A DNA stretch of 64,000 bases, from contig NW_003314395.1 in assembly GCF_000143415.4 (NCBI RefSeq), positions 186,001 to 250,000 of the forward strand. The letters are read 5' to 3'. The notes beneath the pieces were generated by a model. That model had not been told where the DNA came from, did no database searches, and was given only the letters and a program-made list of their open reading frames with translations. How positions within the stretch are numbered: the stretch's first letter is position 1; each line of letters starts with the position of its first letter. Shown piece by piece: positions 59,975-64,000 of the stretch. Both the position numbers and the translations under genes were made by a program. Source of the stretch: Selaginella moellendorffii (taxonomy: Eukaryota; Plantae; Lycopodiophyta).

Positions 59975-61777
59975 TCATGGTAATCCGGTGGGGGGATAGA
60001 TCTACATCGGATCGCCCATCTGGACGCGCTTGCGAGGAATCGTCCTTGACCATTCTCTTCTTCGGGGGGAATTCTAGCGAAATTTTAGAGCTCTAGTTTT
60101 TCGGGGGAGGGCCATTGTCCTAATAATGTTCTGACTCTAGCTCTAGTGGTACCATTGTTTTTGGTAACAATCTGATCTCATGGGGTGGGTAACAACAGTA
60201 AAAATTGTAAGAAAAAAAAATGGAAAATTTTGCTTTTGCTTCGCGAAGCTCAGCTTCTGTGTAACGTACGCAGGAAATTTCTCAGGCAAGAACAGGGGGT
60301 CAATACCTGCATTCAATTAAACAGCAGGGAGTGAAACATTTTGGATTTTCTATTTTTATTTTAGTTATATGTGGCTGTTTTGTTTTTTGTTTTTTTTAAT
60401 ATTCTGTTGAAATCAACGTCAAACGCACGTGAAAGAACAGCGTCCAAACCATACCATGCTAACACAGGTTGGTCCACTCACGGCAAGATCAATCAACTCG
60501 GGATTAGAACCTACTTAAGCGCTTACTACTTGCCATCCCAAACACTCTGCTGCAATCAAGTCTTCCAGAACCGAACATGCTTTTGCGAAAAGTTGTCGGC
60601 AACTAATACACAGCTTTAGGCCTGTATCCATTTTTATTTTTTTTTCCAAAACCAGAGAAAAGTAAAAAAAAAATATTAAAAAAGAAAAACATATCACTGG
60701 CTGGAACCTCTGAAGCACTGGAGAAAAAAAGGGTCACTTACCTCCATCAGTGCACCAGACAGACACCTACTTGATCGTCACTCTCTTTCAGTACAAAGCA
60801 ACATTGTTATTCTAGCATCCAATTCTAATTCCGCGACTAAAGTATTTTCAGCTGCTTTTATCACAAACAAAACCGTTGCTTCCAGAACAGTATTATGGAG
60901 ATAAATCTCAATCCAAGGACAAGAAACAAATGCAAAATTGTCACTCCAAAAGCAACGGATATGTCAAGCATGAGGTGGAATCGACACCGAGGACCGCAAG
61001 GTATGCCAATCCAGGCTCGACGAGATGATTAGGAGTTAAGCGCATAGAGACAGGCTCCAAGACAAGGTTCGTGTTGCAACTCCAGTCGCTTTCCTTGGCT
61101 GCTGCCGCAACGTCCTTTTTGCTCTCTCCTCTTTTGCTTTCAGCAAAGGCATCTTGGATACAGCTCACGAGTGCTGCGTCGTCCGGTCCAATCTCAAGTG
61201 CATGATCGTTTCTTCCATCCTCTTGACACTCTATTGAACTCGTCAAGGCGAGAAAATCGAGTTTACATTTCTGAATACTTAAAGAAACCAGAAATGCAAC
61301 AATTATATGAATGAATGATTGAATTCACCTTGTTGAATGATTCATCTGATGCTATAGCCATTATTAGATTCGTACTGAAGTAAATTTTCTTGTTCTAAAA
61401 CTTGTTTCATAAGTACAGCTATAGTATCAGATTGTAAATCAAACCAGCAAATCGAAAGTTCACATGTGATTGAAGAGTGTTTCCAGTAGCAAGGTGTTGA
61501 GGAGCTGTCTCTTTCCCATATTGGGCACAGTGGTGGGACCAATTCTCAGCAGCAACAAGCTTGAAGAACTTGTCAGCTCGCAAGCGTAGATCTCATATCT
61601 CGATCACTGTGAAAACCAGCAAGGACTTACCCGTCATGACAAGAAAGATGCAACTAGATTGAAAACCAGAGCTAATCTCTTTCTCTTGCTGGAATAAATG
61701 GATTGTCTTGTTAGATGTCGCGGCCTTTCTTATACCGTGGTGGCCCAGTCGTTGATAATGCAGATAAGTTTTGCTCA

Positions 61778-61850
61778 GGGGGTGTAGCTCAGATGGTAGA
61801 GCGATCGCTTCGCATGCGATAGGTAAGGGGATCGATGCCCCTCACCTCCA
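61778..61850 (+). tRNA. tRNA-Ala(CGC)
   Basis: 73-nt cloverleaf, G3:U70 pair, anticodon arm ATCGC-TTCGCAT-GCGAT, T-rich sequence downstream. Confidence 0.93.
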
Positions 61851-62603
61851 TTGTTTTGTGTTACCACGTTCAGTAAGTTCTGTGATCCATCGAGTACTTT
61901 TTCTATACCAAAACTTTGATCCCAGAACTTTTGTCTCTCGCATTTCGAGGTGGCGTCTCCATCTCTGCCTCCAGATTGGGGGTAATGCATGGCATGAGCT
62001 CCCCATATGGTGCTGGCACTCGCTTTTGAGAGTCGAGCTTCTTGAGCTCACCCATCTAAAAAAAGCCAAACTTCCACGATCAGAACATGAAACTTTGGTT
62101 CAGCAAACTTCTGAATCACCATCGTAACTAGAGCGTCTGATAGTAAATATCGACCATTCCAAGTGCTCTAGGGAATTCACAGTCATTTCTATAATTCACA
62201 GTCAGTCATACTGTGCCTTTTCCCGTCGGAACGTTTCCAAACTTTGTGTTAATGCCTTCCCTCTAGCCAGGCATTTTAGTTAACCTCCCTGAATCTTTCA
62301 AAGGCCGAAAGAAAAAAGAAAGGTAAATACCTTTCCGATGTTCGTGAATGTCGACGACGGAATAAAATGCGTGGTGTATGAGCACGATTGCAACGGTCGT
62401 GGGAGAAGACTCTAGCCTTTGTGCGCACAGCTGCATCCATAGCCGTTGAAAAGCAACATCATATCTAAACTAAATTTCATAGTAGTAATGAAGAAAGATG
62501 CGAAGTGCTAGTCTACACTAGATAGAAAACCATATTTTGCTGGAATAAATGGATTGATATGTGGTGGACGTGCTTTCACATACATGCTGATTACTTTTGC
62601 TGA

Positions 62604-62676
62604 GGGGGTGTAGCTCAGATGGTAGAGCGATTGCTTCGCATGCGATAGGTAAGGGGATTGATGCCCCTCACCTCCA
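62604..62676 (+). tRNA. tRNA-Ala(CGC) copy with two C>T changes (possible pseudogene)
   Basis: Identical to 61778-61850 except for an anticodon-stem C>T and a T-loop ATCGAT>ATTGAT change (B-box C56). Confidence 0.7.
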
Positions 62677-62765
62677 TTTTTTTGGTCATGGTTGAAAAGG
62701 TAAAATCGGAAAATGCCGGATCAAAAGCATTTCTCCTCTCTATTATCTTCACTTAAATTTGGAAG

Positions 62766-62830
62766 TGGAGGAGAGGGGCATCGATCCCCTTACCTATCGC
62801 ATGCAAAGCGATCGCTCTACCATCTGAGCT
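62766..62830 (-). pseudogene. 5'-truncated tRNA-Ala copy with TGC anticodon
   Basis: Lacks the 5' acceptor strand; CGC>TGC change. Confidence 0.8.
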
Positions 62831-63198
62831 CAAAATTACAAGAAATTTGAGTCCACTCTTTTAAGGTCCAACGAATTTGTTCAATGGCATCGACCACGAA
62901 GATCTCCCACAAAGATCTGCAAGCTACTTTTGGATTTTAATCAAATCCCAGCTCTCATCCAGTTCATAATGTTAGAATCGAGGATCATGTTTCTTGCAGT
63001 ACGATGGTCCTACCATTCATTCGAGAAAATCAAAGATGAGGAATAAGGAATATTTGACTATTCTTAATAATTAGAATTTGTTAACGATGGTTAAGATTTA
63101 GGGCTTGCGAGGAGCAAGCCATCGCAGGAAATGTAAGCGCCTATCACTGTTTCCGATCGATCGCGAGCGAAATCTCTCCTCTTCTAACTCTGCTGCAG

Positions 63199-64000
63199 AT
63201 GGAGGCGATGCTGAAAATCGTCCTGGCGATGCTTGTGGCGGCTCTCGTCGCCGCGCGGGGACTTGTGAAGAAATCCCTCTCGCCATCGGGAGCTGTGGCG
63301 GGTTTCGTGGTGCTATCGCTGTCCATGGCCTCGGGAATCCGGTAGAAATCTTGTCCTGGTTGTGTGGGAATTCTTTTCTGTGCTTCTTTGTTCTTGGACT
63401 GTTGTGTGTTGAAATTCTTTTTTTGCTTTTCAAGGTTTGGAGCTCTCGTCCTGGCGTTTTACTTGAGTTCCTCGTTCCTCACGAAGTATAAGTCCGATGA
63501 AAAACGAGGCGTGGACGACGATTTCAAGGAGGGTGGCCAACGAGACTGGTAAGTTTGTAGATTTTGCCCAAGGTTTTCCTACTTTGTGAGTTTGTTCTTG
63601 TAGAGAGTGTTGAATAAATTCTTTTCGTAGGCTCCAGGTTCTTGCCAACAGTGCGGGTGGAACTTTGCTATCGCTCGCTGTGGTATATTATACTGGCTGG
63701 GAAGACAAGTGTATGGATTCCAAGGGGGATGCTCTTGTCACTGGCCTTCTCGGAGGAATTCTCGGCTACTATGCTTGCTGCGCGGGAGATACTTGGTCGT
63801 CCGAGGTTGGAGTCCTTAGCAAAAGCCAACCACGCTTGATCACGACAATGCAGGCAAGCAAAGGAAAAACTTCGAGAGTGAATTCCTTGAAACTTTATCT
63901 TTGTCTTTCAGGTGGTGCCTCGAGGTACCAACGGTGGAGTTACACTGCTGGGAACTGCTGCTGCTGCTGTTGGAGGAGCTTTCATCGGTCTGGTTTACGT
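63199..64000 (+). CDS. TMEM19/DUF92 membrane protein (PGR-like), runs off the window
   Basis: KKSLSPSGA, DDFKEGGQRDW, GDTWSSEVG and VPRGTNGGVT. Confidence 0.88.

Noticed and set aside
60941-61246. 101-aa minus-strand ORF between the hevein gene and the tRNAs
   Set aside because: No ATG start, no recognisable domain and no convincing exon chain.

Overview
Gene-dense plant nuclear DNA with very short (about 50-70 nt) introns. The organism is most likely the lycophyte Selaginella (inference from architecture and gene content). Bases 1-17.6k are a scrambled mosaic of locally duplicated pieces: five copies of a multi-pass membrane gene, two copies of an intronless kinase (a third is at 24.4k), dirigent-like genes, DUF455, BAHD, FabZ and ANKRD13-like fragments. 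This mosaic also holds a complete PIF/Harbinger element with an AGA target duplication. After it come an intact DUF455 gene, a BAHD acyltransferase, FabZ and an intronless Dit1/PvcA-type isocyanide synthase, a fungal/bacterial enzyme family in a plant context and the top finding. Further genes are LSD1, an MTI-MTK fusion of the methionine-salvage pathway, ACLB, a RING-H2 ligase, KNL2 and RPS23. A degenerate short-LTR Ty3/gypsy element is primed by tRNA-Ala and carries a nested three-LTR Cassandra (5S rRNA) TRIM dimer. The last part has an RPRD/CID gene, a circularly permuted ATP-grasp-like gene, an ASCC1-like gene, primase large subunit, an F-box/kelch gene, a membrane-anchored hevein protein, a tRNA-Ala cluster and the start of a TMEM19/PGR gene. 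All identifications come from reading motifs by eye; no searches were run.
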